This document shows, in pieces, positions 40,793 to 50,701 of a stretch of 61,723 nt of DNA. The position numbers and the translations under genes were made by a program. Each line of letters begins with the position of its first letter. Within the stretch, counting starts at the first letter, position 1. Location of the stretch: NCBI GenBank assembly GCA_041665365.1, contig JBAYIY010000009.1, positions 1 through 61,723 on the forward strand, written 5' to 3'. The notes beneath the pieces are model-generated. The model searched no databases, was not told where the DNA came from, and worked only from the letters and a program-made list of their open reading frames with translations. The stretch comes from Patescibacteria group bacterium (GTDB taxonomy: Bacteria; Patescibacteriota; Patescibacteriia; UBA9570).

Positions 40793-41857
40793 CTAGGCTT
40801 CTAAGCGATTTTCTTCATGCTGTCTGCGTTCCATGAAGTCCTGCAAAAAAACATCTAATATAGCCACACACGGTACGGATAAAAGAACGCCAACAAAGCC
40901 ACCTAATTTTACACCCACTAACAAAGCAATGATGATAATGATTGGGCTCACACCCAGGGCTTGTTTCATAATTCTTGGCACCAGTAATTGGTTCTCAATT
41001 TGTTGAATCAAAATAAAAATACCGAGCACCACAAATGGTTTATAGGGTGCCTCAGCGAAATCGGTAAAAGCGAAAAAAAGCGCCGGGACAGCGGACACTG
41101 CCGGGCCAACTACGGGAATAAATTCAAGTAAACCGGCAACGATACCCAATACCAACCAGTATTTTACACCTAGTAACCATAACGCTAATCCGGTTAAGGT
41201 ACCAACGAAGATCATTAATACTAACTCACCCCATAGCCAATTACTCAAGCGTTGTTGGATTTGATTGAACTTATGTGCCACGTAAGGCTGGTAGTTAATT
41301 GGCACAATTGATTGAATAAAATTCTTAATGGCGTTCTCTTCACTGGTCATGTAGAAAGCAATTACTAATACAGCTAATACTGCCACCAAACCATTTAACA
41401 CAGATGCAACGGCTGAATAAATACCAGAGGGTAACTGGGCCACACTTTTTACGGCATTATTAAGAGTAGTTTGCAAAGTATCAACCAAACCAATAGTTTC
41501 TCCGGTATGTCTAATTTGATTCAAGGCTGCTTGAATCGGCTCATAATAACTTGGAAAATTCTGCGCGATGCTGGTTAACTCTGTGGTTACAGCCGGTACC
41601 AGGACAATAAAAAAGCCACACACAATAGAAACTGCCAGAATATAGACCGATAAAATACCAACAAAACGAGGAATATGAAAACGTTGCACAAAATTTACCC
41701 AGGGTTGTAATGTCATCGATAAAACCCAAGCGACAAAAATCATTACCACAACATCCCGAATTAACCAAAAAACTATTAAAGCCAAACCAAGCAAAACAAT
41801 TTTAGCAATCGTTAAACTAGAAATATTTATATTAGTGGGAGCGCGTTGTTCTAACAT
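40793..41857 (-). CDS. AI-2E family transporter (PerM-like permease)
   Basis: 354 aa polytopic protein with the characteristic LLEFIPVVGP motif. Confidence 0.8.
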   Translation of the reverse strand: MLEQRAPTNINISSLTIAKIVLLGLALIVFWLIRDVVVMIFVAWVLSMTLQPWVNFVQRFHIPRFVGILSVYILAVSIVCGFFIVLVPAVTTELTSIAQNFPSYYEPIQAALNQIRHTGETIGLVDTLQTTLNNAVKSVAQLPSGIYSAVASVLNGLVAVLAVLVIAFYMTSEENAIKNFIQSIVPINYQPYVAHKFNQIQQRLSNWLWGELVLMIFVGTLTGLALWLLGVKYWLVLGIVAGLLEFIPVVGPAVSAVPALFFAFTDFAEAPYKPFVVLGIFILIQQIENQLLVPRIMKQALGVSPIIIIIALLVGVKLGGFVGVLLSVPCVAILDVFLQDFMERRQHEENRLEA

Positions 41858-43140
41858 GTAAGTTTTTTTGCCACACTAGCCAGCTGCCGTTGTGGACCAA
41901 TACTGGCGATGTTTAACTGTTTAAAGTTTAGCAAATGCCGAGCTAAACGTCGAATATCTGCTTTGGTGACAGTGTTGATTAGAGCTAGTTTTTTTTGCGG
42001 TGGGAGTAAAGTGCCAAGCAAGACAGATTGTTTGCCATAATATCCAGCCAGAGCGGAAGAACTTTCTAATTTTATAGCCGTCTGACCAGCCATGCAGTTT
42101 TTGGCATTTATTAACTCCTCTGTTGTCACTAAATCTGTTTTAAGTTTTGCTAACTCCTCAACAATGGCAATGATGGCTGGATAAACGCGCTCATTATCCA
42201 CTCCTGCCTGAACCATTAAGGCACTGCTATCAACGTACGGGCTAATATCACTGTGAATGACATAACACAAGCCTTGTCTTTCCCTAATTGATATAAATAA
42301 TCTAGAACTCATATTGCCACCCAGGATGGTAGATAACACCGATAAGGTTGCCAGCTGTTTGTCTTCACGTAAACCCGGTGCCAAAACACCTAAAGCAAGC
42401 TGAGTTTGTTTGGTGTCTTTATATTTATGATTAAATTGAATATTCTTTTGATATGGTTGGAAATGTTTATATGACGGCTTACCTTGACCAGCTGGTTGAT
42501 CACCGAAATATTGTTTAACCCACCGTGACACGCGTTTATCAATGTTACCAGCTATTACTAAATGCATGGCGGCCGGTGAATAATGAGTTTTTTTGTAATC
42601 AATGAACGCTTGGCGGGGTAATTTACGAATATTATCTTTTTTACCACCAATGTCGTAACCTAAGGGGTGGGTTTTATTAAACACAGACATTTCAAATAAA
42701 GTATCAACATGCATTAAAGGATTATCCTCATACATGTTTAATTCTTCCAAAATCACACCGCGCTCACGATCAATTTCAGCCGGATCAAACAAAGAATGAA
42801 ACAACATGTCGGAAAATAAATCTAAAGCTAACTCCAGTTGACTGGCCGCTACTTTAATATAGTAGATAGTAGTATCTTTTGAGGTAAAAGCATTATATTC
42901 TGCACCAACAGCATCAAGTTGTTTGGTTAGCTCCAGCGTACTAGGCCGACGTTCAGTACCTTTGAACATTAAATGTTCGAGAAAATGTGAAATACCGTTA
43001 TTGTGTGGCACTTCATGGCGTGATCCAACTGGTACTAACACCATAACAGTGACAGTATCCGTCGTGTCTTGCGGGATGGTTAAAACCGTTAGTTTATTGT
43101 TGAGAATTTTTTTAGAGACCTTGATCATGGAGATAATCAC
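41851..43140 (-). CDS. M16-family (insulinase/pitrilysin-like) zinc peptidase
   Basis: 429 aa with the inverted zinc motif HFLEHLMFKGT. The track start is a GTG; the ATG at 43128 is equally plausible. Confidence 0.85.
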   Translation of the reverse strand: MIISMIKVSKKILNNKLTVLTIPQDTTDTVTVMVLVPVGSRHEVPHNNGISHFLEHLMFKGTERRPSTLELTKQLDAVGAEYNAFTSKDTTIYYIKVAASQLELALDLFSDMLFHSLFDPAEIDRERGVILEELNMYEDNPLMHVDTLFEMSVFNKTHPLGYDIGGKKDNIRKLPRQAFIDYKKTHYSPAAMHLVIAGNIDKRVSRWVKQYFGDQPAGQGKPSYKHFQPYQKNIQFNHKYKDTKQTQLALGVLAPGLREDKQLATLSVLSTILGGNMSSRLFISIRERQGLCYVIHSDISPYVDSSALMVQAGVDNERVYPAIIAIVEELAKLKTDLVTTEELINAKNCMAGQTAIKLESSSALAGYYGKQSVLLGTLLPPQKKLALINTVTKADIRRLARHLLNFKQLNIASIGPQRQLASVAKKLTC

Positions 43141-44386
43141 TTACTTTGTTAATAGGTAAACGAATTTGCTGCATAGTATCACGCTCACGGATAGTAACCT
43201 GCTGATCGTTTAATGACTCAAAATCCACCGTGATACAATATGGCGTACCAATTTCATCTTGCCGGCGATACCGCTTACCAATACTTTGGGTTTCATCATA
43301 ATTACAGCGGAACGTTTTTAATAGATCTTGAAATAGAGGCTGAGACACCTTTTGTAATTCAGGTTTTTTAGATAAGGGTAAAATTGCCACTTGGTATGGA
43401 GCCATTTCCTTCGTAAATTTTAAGACAACTCTGTCTTCATCATTTACTTTTTCAGTATGATAAGCACTGACTAATAAAGCTAATAAAGTACGATCCACGC
43501 CCATAGTTGGTTCAATTACATGCGGAGTAAATTTATTCTTTGGGTCAATCGGGTCGGTATAATCTAATTTATGATTCTTTAAATCAAAATCTGTCCGATA
43601 GGCTAAGCCCCATAGTTCCTTACGACCAAAGGGAAAATCGAACTCAAAATCAATCGTTTTTTGAGAATAATGAGCTAATTCTGCTTGAGGGACATCTAAT
43701 TCATGCAATTTATCAACATCTATCCCAATTGTACGAGCCCAAGTTAACATGAACTTTTTCCAGTCGGCAAAATGTTGTTCCCAGGTATCAGCCTGAATAA
43801 AATATTCTATTTCCATTTGTTCAAACTCTAAAGTTCTAAAAATATAATTACCAGGCGTGATTTCATTACGAAAGGCTTTGCCAATTTGCGCCATCCCAAA
43901 AGGTAATCTTGGATGCATGGTCTGAATAATATTTTTAAAATTTACAAACATAGCCTGAGCCGTTTCTGGTCGTAAATATACCGGGCTAGCGTCCGCTGAT
44001 ACAGGACCGACATAAGTTTTGAACATCAAATTAAACTCGCGCGGCGCCGACAATTCACCAGAGCAATCAGGGCACTGTTTGGTGGTTAATTGATCAGCTC
44101 GAAAACGATGCTGACACTGCTTGCATTCTACTAATGGGTCGTGAAATGTACTAACATGGCCACTGGCTTCCCATACTTTTGGATTCATGATTATGGCTCC
44201 ATCTAGCCCATACATGTCACTCCGTTGCTGCACGACCTCTTTCCACCAGGCATTTTTAATATTCATCCGTAACTGTGCGCCAAGTGGTCCGTAATCCCAC
44301 GAATTGGCCAGGCCACCATAGATTTCGCTACCAGGGAAAATAAAACCACGTTGTTTACATAACGCGACTAATTGCTCCATCTCCAT
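43112..44386 (-). CDS. glyQS: Glycyl-tRNA synthetase, dimeric class II type
   Basis: 424 aa with CKQRGFIFPGSEIYGGLANSWDYGPLG, FRNEITP and GVDR. Confidence 0.93.
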   Translation of the reverse strand: MEMEQLVALCKQRGFIFPGSEIYGGLANSWDYGPLGAQLRMNIKNAWWKEVVQQRSDMYGLDGAIIMNPKVWEASGHVSTFHDPLVECKQCQHRFRADQLTTKQCPDCSGELSAPREFNLMFKTYVGPVSADASPVYLRPETAQAMFVNFKNIIQTMHPRLPFGMAQIGKAFRNEITPGNYIFRTLEFEQMEIEYFIQADTWEQHFADWKKFMLTWARTIGIDVDKLHELDVPQAELAHYSQKTIDFEFDFPFGRKELWGLAYRTDFDLKNHKLDYTDPIDPKNKFTPHVIEPTMGVDRTLLALLVSAYHTEKVNDEDRVVLKFTKEMAPYQVAILPLSKKPELQKVSQPLFQDLLKTFRCNYDETQSIGKRYRRQDEIGTPYCITVDFESLNDQQVTIRERDTMQQIRLPINKVSDYLHDQGL

Positions 44387-44389
44387 ACC

Positions 44390-45100
44390 TTATTTGACGG
44401 GAGATAACCGATAAACTATGCCATAACCGTAACCGATCAGAGCAAACGCAAACGGCATGGTAAAAAACATGCCAATAAAAAAGGCCACCGCACCTAGCCC
44501 ACTGACTAGTGAAGCAAAATAACCGATCAGGAAAATAATCACGACATTAAATATATTGGCTTTTAAAAATGGCCAGACAAATTTTTTCAGATTAATCGCC
44601 TCTGCAATCGACCCACCGGCTGCTATTTTTGTACTAGTAGCCACTTGTACAACCGCATTAAATAGCGCATACATTATGAAAACCAAATAAAATAATACAG
44701 ATGACAACGATGAAACGATCATGAACATTATTAAGATTGCATCATCATTAATAAGTGCGGTTAAAAGGGTTCCAAGTACTAGAATTACTGCGTAGAGGAG
44801 CAAAAAACATATCATTGGCAAACCGTAAACTAAACCGGCTACGAGCGCTTTCCAGCCCAACTTCCAATACAGTTGAAAATCCCACTCCGGATAATTTTTT
44901 GTGCCATTAATACCAGATTGAATATGTGCAATCATGAAGCCATTGATCAATGGAATACCGATCAAAAATGGACATAGCAGCATCAGTACTGCACCTTGTA
45001 AACCTATCAAAACAAACCAATTTTTACCTGTAAACGGATAGACAATTAACTCGTTAAACTCTTTGTTGGTGAGTGTCAGCATGGGCACAGTATGCCACAT
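44390..45100 (-). CDS. Polytopic membrane protein, DUF4013-like
   Basis: 236 aa with a glycine-zipper-rich TM bundle. A leaderless-type promoter favours the start at 45082 (MLTLTNKEF). Confidence 0.6.
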   Translation of the reverse strand: MWHTVPMLTLTNKEFNELIVYPFTGKNWFVLIGLQGAVLMLLCPFLIGIPLINGFMIAHIQSGINGTKNYPEWDFQLYWKLGWKALVAGLVYGLPMICFLLLYAVILVLGTLLTALINDDAILIMFMIVSSLSSVLFYLVFIMYALFNAVVQVATSTKIAAGGSIAEAINLKKFVWPFLKANIFNVVIIFLIGYFASLVSGLGAVAFFIGMFFTMPFAFALIGYGYGIVYRLSPVK

Positions 45101-45118
45101 GCTTGACAGGCTTGTAAA
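45089..45118 (-). promoter_or_regulatory. Promoter TTTACA-18-CATACT, -10 ends 6 nt before the ATG at 45082
   Basis: The minus strand reads TTTACA agcctgtcaagcatgtgg CATACT gtgccc ATG. It overlaps the divergent rpmA promoter. Confidence 0.4.
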
Positions 45119-45131
45119 GCCTTGTTAACAT
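45103..45131 (+). promoter_or_regulatory. rpmA promoter TTGACA-17-TAACAT, -10 ends 8 nt before the ATG
   Basis: Reads TTGACA ggcttgtaaagccttgt TAACAT cgtcacgt ATG. Confidence 0.55.
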
Positions 45132-45139
45132 CGTCACGT

Positions 45140-45412
45140 ATGGCACACACAAAAGCAGGCGGCTCTACAGCGCTAGGCCGCGATTCAGTATCAAAACGAC
45201 TCGGTGTAAAAGTGTATGGCGGTCAAACTGCCAAAGCTGGTGATATCATTATCCGACAACGTGGTACCAAGTATCACCCCGGTAAGAATGTCCGACGCGG
45301 TGAAGATGACACTTTGTACGCCGCCAAAACTGGCACAGTTAGCTTTGTTATCAGAAAAGTAAAAAGCTTCACTGGAAAAATCGTTCGTCGTCAGTTTGTA
45401 AACGTCGCTTAA
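45140..45412 (+). CDS. rpmA: 50S ribosomal protein L27
   Basis: [16 protein letters not shown]... and [14 protein letters not shown] chose the ATG at 45140; the track start is an upstream TTG. Confidence 0.93.
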   Translation: MAHTKAGGSTALGRDSVSKRLGVKVYGGQTAKAGDIIIRQRGTKYHPGKNVRRGEDDTLYAAKTGTVSFVIRKVKSFTGKIVRRQFVNVA

Positions 45413-45417
45413 AAGAA

Positions 45418-45450
45418 GCAGTGAACGAATATTATTCGTTCACTGCTTTT
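45418..45450. terminator. Bidirectional intrinsic terminator between rpmA and pyrG (13-bp stem, 3-nt loop, T-runs on both strands)
   Basis: GCAGTGAACGAAT-att-ATTCGTTCACTGC followed by TTTT. The minus-strand reading is followed by TTCTTTT. Confidence 0.65.
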
Positions 45451-45456
45451 ATTCGT

Positions 45457-47076
45457 TCACTGCTTTTTCAAACAAGCCTTCACGAAACCTGTATACAACG
45501 GGTGTGGTTCTAATGGACGTGATTTAAACTCTGGATGGAATTGGGTTCCAACAAACCAGGGATGTTTGGTATATTCAGCTATTTCAACTAAATCCTGTTC
45601 TGGATTAATTCCAGAAAACACTACACCAGCTTGTTCTAGGATTTCTTTATATGCATTATTAAACTCATAACGATGGCGATGGCGTTCGGATATCTCGGCT
45701 TTACCATAGGCTTGATAAGCCTTGGTTTGTTTTTGGACAACACACCGGAATGAGCCTAACCGCATGGTTCCGCCATAATGGTTTAACTTAACATTCTCTG
45801 ACTGTTTTGGGTTGATATGAATAATCGGCTCTGGCGTATTTGGGCGCATTTCCACGGTGTTAGCCTCTAGTAAACCGGCCTCGTGTCGAGCAATCTCAAT
45901 CATAGCTAACTGCATGCCGTAACATAAGCCTAAATATGGGATGCCAGAAACGCGCACATAATGGATGGCTGTGATGATCCCCTCAACTCCACGAGTCCCA
46001 AAACCACCCGGTACAATCACGCCATCATATTTTGATAATTCCTTAGCCTTTTTTGGATTAGTTTCATAGGCTTCAGAGTCAATCCAGGTTAACTGCGGTT
46101 TACGATCTTGAGACCAGGCCGCATGTTTTAGTGCTTCGATAACTGATATATATGAATCAGACAAAGTGTATTCACCCGTGCCAAAATACTTTCCAACTAT
46201 GGCAATATTTAACGGCTTAGTGACCTGCATAGCCCGCTTCACCATGGCATTCCAGTTCTGTAAATGAGTCGGACGAGCTTTAAGATGAAGTTGTTTTAAT
46301 ATTTTGTCACCTAACTGTTGTTTTTCTAGTACTTGGGGTATTTGATAAATCATATCCACATCAGGCGCTGAAATAGCATTCTCACTGTGAATACCACAGA
46401 ACGTGGCTAATTTTTCTTGACGTTTTTTATCTAATGGTTTGGCGGCTCGGCAAATAATAAAGTCGGCCTGAATGCCAGCGGCATTTAAAGCTCGAGCGGC
46501 TGACTGAGTGGGTTTCGTTTTCATTTCTCCTACCCGTTCCGGTATCGGCAGATAACTTACCAACATAAAACACACATCATTTGGCTGACGTGTTTTCATC
46601 ATGCGCGCCGCCTCTAGAAACAAAATATTTTGGTATTCACCGACCGTGCCACCAATTTCTATAATAGTAACATCTGCTTTGGCTTGTTTTTGAGCATCTT
46701 TAATACGTTTAATAATTTCTTCTGGAATATGTGGAACCACTTCTACACAGGCACCTTTATACTCTAAATTTCGCTCTTTTCGTATGACAGTGTCGTACAC
46801 TCGACCGGTGGTCATATAATTTACTGACAAAATATTTTCATTCAAAAAACGTTCATAATTACCAAGGTCTTGATCGGTTTCGTCGCGATCTTCGGTCACA
46901 AATACTTCACCGTGTTCGGTTGGATTCATTGTGCCGGCATCAAGATTAATGTATGGATCCGCCTTAACAGCTGTAACCCGTAAACCTTTGGCTAAAAGAA
47001 TTCTACCCACACTAGCGGCAGTAATACCTTTACCTACGCTAGACATCACTCCACCAACGACAAAGATGTATTTCAT
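45457..47076 (-). CDS. pyrG: CTP synthase
   Basis: 539 aa with KYIFVVGGVMSSVGKG, a glutaminase domain (GLCYGMQ) and HRHRYE. Confidence 0.96.
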   Translation of the reverse strand: MKYIFVVGGVMSSVGKGITAASVGRILLAKGLRVTAVKADPYINLDAGTMNPTEHGEVFVTEDRDETDQDLGNYERFLNENILSVNYMTTGRVYDTVIRKERNLEYKGACVEVVPHIPEEIIKRIKDAQKQAKADVTIIEIGGTVGEYQNILFLEAARMMKTRQPNDVCFMLVSYLPIPERVGEMKTKPTQSAARALNAAGIQADFIICRAAKPLDKKRQEKLATFCGIHSENAISAPDVDMIYQIPQVLEKQQLGDKILKQLHLKARPTHLQNWNAMVKRAMQVTKPLNIAIVGKYFGTGEYTLSDSYISVIEALKHAAWSQDRKPQLTWIDSEAYETNPKKAKELSKYDGVIVPGGFGTRGVEGIITAIHYVRVSGIPYLGLCYGMQLAMIEIARHEAGLLEANTVEMRPNTPEPIIHINPKQSENVKLNHYGGTMRLGSFRCVVQKQTKAYQAYGKAEISERHRHRYEFNNAYKEILEQAGVVFSGINPEQDLVEIAEYTKHPWFVGTQFHPEFKSRPLEPHPLYTGFVKACLKKQ

Positions 47077-47492
47077 GCGGCTTGAACGGTTAATTTTAAC
47101 TCAACCACGGGTAATCCGGGCAGCTGAACCGCAACAGTATGTTCCCCTACTTGTTTGATGGTTTGTAAATTGATCATATCTTCCGTCACATCCATACGCT
47201 GAGTTTTACAGGCGGTGGCAACATCAGATTTCTGCACCGCGGCAAATAATTTACCTTGCTCATTAGCTGGTAACGTTAACGTTAGTCTGGTGTGACTAAG
47301 TTTTTCCACTAAAGCCGCATTTAATTCAGCCTGTTTTATAGCCACAGCCTCTTCTACGCTCTGATTTTTCTTGACCTTCACCACTTCGGCTTCCGTCGCG
47401 GGAACGGCTAATTTCTGCGGAAAAAGATAGTTTCTGGCATAACCATCTGATACTACTTTTAGTTGACCGGTTTTATTCAATATTACTTGCAT
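47073..47492 (-). CDS. rplI: 50S ribosomal protein L9
   Basis: 139 aa with MQVIL...V.DGYARNYLFPQKLAVPAT. Confidence 0.88.
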   Translation of the reverse strand: MQVILNKTGQLKVVSDGYARNYLFPQKLAVPATEAEVVKVKKNQSVEEAVAIKQAELNAALVEKLSHTRLTLTLPANEQGKLFAAVQKSDVATACKTQRMDVTEDMINLQTIKQVGEHTVAVQLPGLPVVELKLTVQAA

Positions 47493-47498
47493 AGAGTT

Positions 47499-47507
47499 AT
47501 TATATCA
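47499..47507 (-). promoter_or_regulatory. Extended -10 promoter TGaTATAAT, ends 6 nt before the rplI ATG
   Basis: The minus strand reads TGATATAAT aactct ATG. It overlaps the ctpA stop codon. Confidence 0.5.
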
Positions 47508-48674
47508 TTTGTTAGTCAGATATTCTAGCGCACTGGTCATGGCATCGTCAGAAGTTTGATCTGGTGTTATCCCAGTGTGATTTATTGTCCGTCCATTTGG
47601 TGTTAACCAATGTGATACGGTCATTTTTAAACTTGAACCATCCGGAAATTCCTGTAGTTGTTGCACTGACCCTTTACCGAATGTAGTTGTACCAATTAGA
47701 TGAGCCCGCTTGGTATCTTGTAAAGCGCCAGCAATAATTTCAGCGGCGGAGGCACTACCGCCATTTACCAAAACGACAATTGGCAAACTATCCGGTACCA
47801 TCTTGGCTTCGGTCGTACGATAAGATTTAATTGCACCACTACTATCTTGCTCAGATACGACGACACTATCTTCAACAAAGAATGATACAATGTCGATGGC
47901 TTTATTCAAAACACCACCGGGATTATTACGCACATCCAGGACTAAACCATCGGGCATGTCTAAAAGTATTTTATTCAATATTTCGCGCATATCCTCAGTG
48001 GAGGTTTCATCAATGATGGAGATAGATAATACACCAATAGTTTTGCCAGATTGATCAACCGTGTGATATTCCATGCTCGGTATGTCGATAGCAGCGCGGG
48101 TGACAGGAACATCGAGTAAATTATCCATACCGGTACGATAGATGGTTAGGGTAACAACTGTGTCTTTGGGTCCACGAATTTTTTGAATCGCCTCATCAAC
48201 TGATAATCCGACTGTGTCTGCCCCATCAATTTTAATGATAGCATCATTAGGTTGTAACCCAGCTGCTTCGGCCGGTGTACCGTGCAATGGTGTAATAATT
48301 ACAATTTGACCATCTTTGGCGCCAATTTCAGCACCAATCCCCTCAAAACTACCGGTAATTGATGTATTAAACTCCTTCGTTTCCGTCGGATCAAAAAAAA
48401 CTGTATAGGGATCATTTACCGAGCCCGCCAAACCACGTAGTGACCCATAATACAACACTTCATCTTCCACTGGTTGTTCAACATAGTTCTTTTTTACAGC
48501 ATTCCAGACTTTCCAAAACATGTCGGATTTCAATGGTTCTCTGTATGCCGGACTACTAACCGCAGCACTTTGAGTGATTAACGCAGCGCCATAACCACCG
48601 GTAAAAGCCACCGCACTGATAGTGAGTACTAAGACAGACAAAATAAAGAATTTTCCTGATCGTTCAGTCGACAT
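47505..48674 (-). CDS. ctpA: Carboxy-terminal processing (S41, tail-specific) peptidase with PDZ domain
   Basis: 389 aa with an N-terminal TM anchor, a PDZ domain (GLQPNDAIIKIDG), VLVNGGSASAAEI and GKGSVQ. Confidence 0.88.
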   Translation of the reverse strand: MSTERSGKFFILSVLVLTISAVAFTGGYGAALITQSAAVSSPAYREPLKSDMFWKVWNAVKKNYVEQPVEDEVLYYGSLRGLAGSVNDPYTVFFDPTETKEFNTSITGSFEGIGAEIGAKDGQIVIITPLHGTPAEAAGLQPNDAIIKIDGADTVGLSVDEAIQKIRGPKDTVVTLTIYRTGMDNLLDVPVTRAAIDIPSMEYHTVDQSGKTIGVLSISIIDETSTEDMREILNKILLDMPDGLVLDVRNNPGGVLNKAIDIVSFFVEDSVVVSEQDSSGAIKSYRTTEAKMVPDSLPIVVLVNGGSASAAEIIAGALQDTKRAHLIGTTTFGKGSVQQLQEFPDGSSLKMTVSHWLTPNGRTINHTGITPDQTSDDAMTSALEYLTNK

Positions 48675-48683
48675 AACTTTCGT

Positions 48684-48712
48684 AGTTTAGCAGCTTACTT
48701 TACTTCCAGCAA
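48684..48712 (-). promoter_or_regulatory. Candidate ctpA promoter TTGCTG-17-TAAACT, 9 nt before the ATG
   Basis: The minus strand reads TTGCTG gaagtaaagtaagctgc TAAACT acgaaagtt ATG. Confidence 0.4.
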
Positions 48713-48717
48713 TACTC

Positions 48718-49980
48718 CTATTTTTCCCTAGAAATTCTGACACCAATTTGCTGTAAACGCGTATCAATATTTTCATAGCCACGATCAATTTGATAGGCAT
48801 TGCCAATTTCAGTTGTCCCTTGAGCAATGGCTCCGGCGATAATCATGGCGATACCGGCGCGCAAGTCTGGGCTTTCTACTTGCTTCCCTTTCAAGGGCGT
48901 ACCACCTTGAATAGTAATATGTTGGGAAGTGTGCATGGTAATGTTTGCCCCCATGCGGTTTAACACATCGGTATAAAATAACCGGTTAGTATAAATGGTT
49001 TCGATAACTTCGTTTTGGCCAGGTATTTGCGTTAATAATACGGTTAGTGGTGATTGTCCGTCAGTTGGAAAACCGGGATATTCACGAGTAATAACCGATA
49101 ATGGTTTTAATGTCTTCCAGGGATGAACAGTGATACTATCATTTGTAACAGTAAATTTAGCTCCACTATCGCGTAAAATTTGCAAAGGCACAGCAACATG
49201 GGTTGGCTCACAGGCTGTGATAGTTAATTTGGCTTTGGCCGCTAAGCCTAAAAATATAAAAGACAATGTTTCAATACGATCTGGAATAATATGAGCTTTA
49301 CCACCGGAGAGTTGGTTTACCCCTTGAATATGAATAGTACTCGTACCGGCGCCGGAAATTTTCGCACCAGCCGCATTGAGGAAATCTGCCAGCGCTGGTA
49401 TTTCCGGTTCACGCGCCGCATTTTCAATAACAGTTTCACCGTTAGCCAAGACAGCAGCTAACATTAATGTTTCCGTGCCTGTTACACTGATCACTGGAAA
49501 AACATAATGCGTCCCATGTAAACCAGTAGTTGGTGCGATGAGAATATGTTTATTTTTGACGCAGCGGTATTTTGCACCCATGGCCTGAAAAGCATCAATA
49601 AACAAATTAATTGGGCGTTTGCCAATGGCACAACCACCTGGATGCGGCAAGGTGACTTTACCGAACCGTGCCAATAATGGGCCGCTCAGCAAGATGGCGG
49701 CCCGTAATTGTGGTACCAAGCGTGCCGACAACTCAGTGAAAATTTTTTTAGGTGTCGTAATTTGATATTGAGCATGATCGAGCTGCTTTATATCAACACC
49801 AATATCACGCATAATTTCAGTTAAACGAAAAATATCTTCGATCTCCGGAACATTATCTAAGATTAGCGGTTGATCACTCAGTAAGCCAGCTGCAAACATC
49901 TTGAGAGCATGGTTTTTTGCTCCAGAAACTGGAATGATTCCACTAATTTTATGACCACCTTGTATAATAAACTTGGACAT
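48718..49980 (-). CDS. murA: UDP-N-acetylglucosamine 1-carboxyvinyltransferase
   Basis: MSKFIIQGGHKISG..., GGCAIGKRPI and PGFPTD. I chose the ATG at 49980; the track's start at 49986 is a TTG two codons upstream. Confidence 0.94.
   Translation of the reverse strand: MSKFIIQGGHKISGIIPVSGAKNHALKMFAAGLLSDQPLILDNVPEIEDIFRLTEIMRDIGVDIKQLDHAQYQITTPKKIFTELSARLVPQLRAAILLSGPLLARFGKVTLPHPGGCAIGKRPINLFIDAFQAMGAKYRCVKNKHILIAPTTGLHGTHYVFPVISVTGTETLMLAAVLANGETVIENAAREPEIPALADFLNAAGAKISGAGTSTIHIQGVNQLSGGKAHIIPDRIETLSFIFLGLAAKAKLTITACEPTHVAVPLQILRDSGAKFTVTNDSITVHPWKTLKPLSVITREYPGFPTDGQSPLTVLLTQIPGQNEVIETIYTNRLFYTDVLNRMGANITMHTSQHITIQGGTPLKGKQVESPDLRAGIAMIIAGAIAQGTTEIGNAYQIDRGYENIDTRLQQIGVRISREK
49963..49968 (+). 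promoter_or_regulatory. -10 box TATAAT, 10 nt before the ATG at 49979 (inside murA coding sequence)
   Basis: Reads TATAAT aaacttggac ATG. No good -35 is present. Confidence 0.4.
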
Positions 49981-50701
49981 GTACAATGAGTCTACGATGT
50001 CTAGTCGAACGCGTCAACTCATCTTTGTTTGTGTAGTAATCTCTGCTCTCATCTGTTTAGTTTATATTTTGATTTATGGTTCCGGTTATCGACTTGATGC
50101 ACAACAATGGAAATTAGTGCCCACCGGCAGTATTCGTTTTGCGATTGAGCCAGCCAACAACATGCTTGTATTATTACTACCAGATGCCCAAAGTAGCACA
50201 AAAACTGCCGGAAGTTTTACACACTTATTACCCGGTACATATCATTTCTCAATTGAAGCTACTGGTTATTATCCAATCAACTATACTCTAGAAATTAAAC
50301 CCAGTGCCACAATCATACTAGAGCCCATTCGGTTGTGGCCTGATCATGGTTTATTTAAAATTGACTCTACTACAGCCATATCTGAACCGAATTTACGTGA
50401 TGGTTTGACATTAAACAAATACAGTCTTGATATTAAAACTAGTGCCAATAAAAAAACGATAATCAGATTAAGCCAACCCATAACAGCGGCTAGTTGGATT
50501 GATGATACCCCATATATTGCCTACTCTACGGCCAGTGAATTTCATATTATTGATACGCGTGAGCAGACAGATTATCATGATCAATTAATTAGTTCATTAC
50601 CTGAACCCATCACACAATTGAGTTATGACAAATCCACTAAAGCCATGTTGCTAAAAAATCAAACGACAGTTTACAGTTATCCTCTGGAGGTTGCTAAATA
50701 A
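49979..50701 (+). CDS. Membrane-anchored protein with PEGA-like beta-sandwich domain
   Basis: An N-terminal TM helix (LIFVCVVISALICLVYILIY) followed by LLPGTYHFSIEATGYYP. The start is taken at the ATG 49979; alternatives are TTG 49973 and ATG 49997. Confidence 0.65.
   Translation: MYNESTMSSRTRQLIFVCVVISALICLVYILIYGSGYRLDAQQWKLVPTGSIRFAIEPANNMLVLLLPDAQSSTKTAGSFTHLLPGTYHFSIEATGYYPINYTLEIKPSATIILEPIRLWPDHGLFKIDSTTAISEPNLRDGLTLNKYSLDIKTSANKKTIIRLSQPITAASWIDDTPYIAYSTASEFHIIDTREQTDYHDQLISSLPEPITQLSYDKSTKAMLLKNQTTVYSYPLEVAK
49989..50017 (-). promoter_or_regulatory. murA promoter TTGACG-17-TAGACT, -10 ends 8 nt before the ATG at 49980 (inside the divergent gene)
   Basis: The minus strand reads TTGACG cgttcgactagacatcg TAGACT cattgtac ATG. 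Confidence 0.5.
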
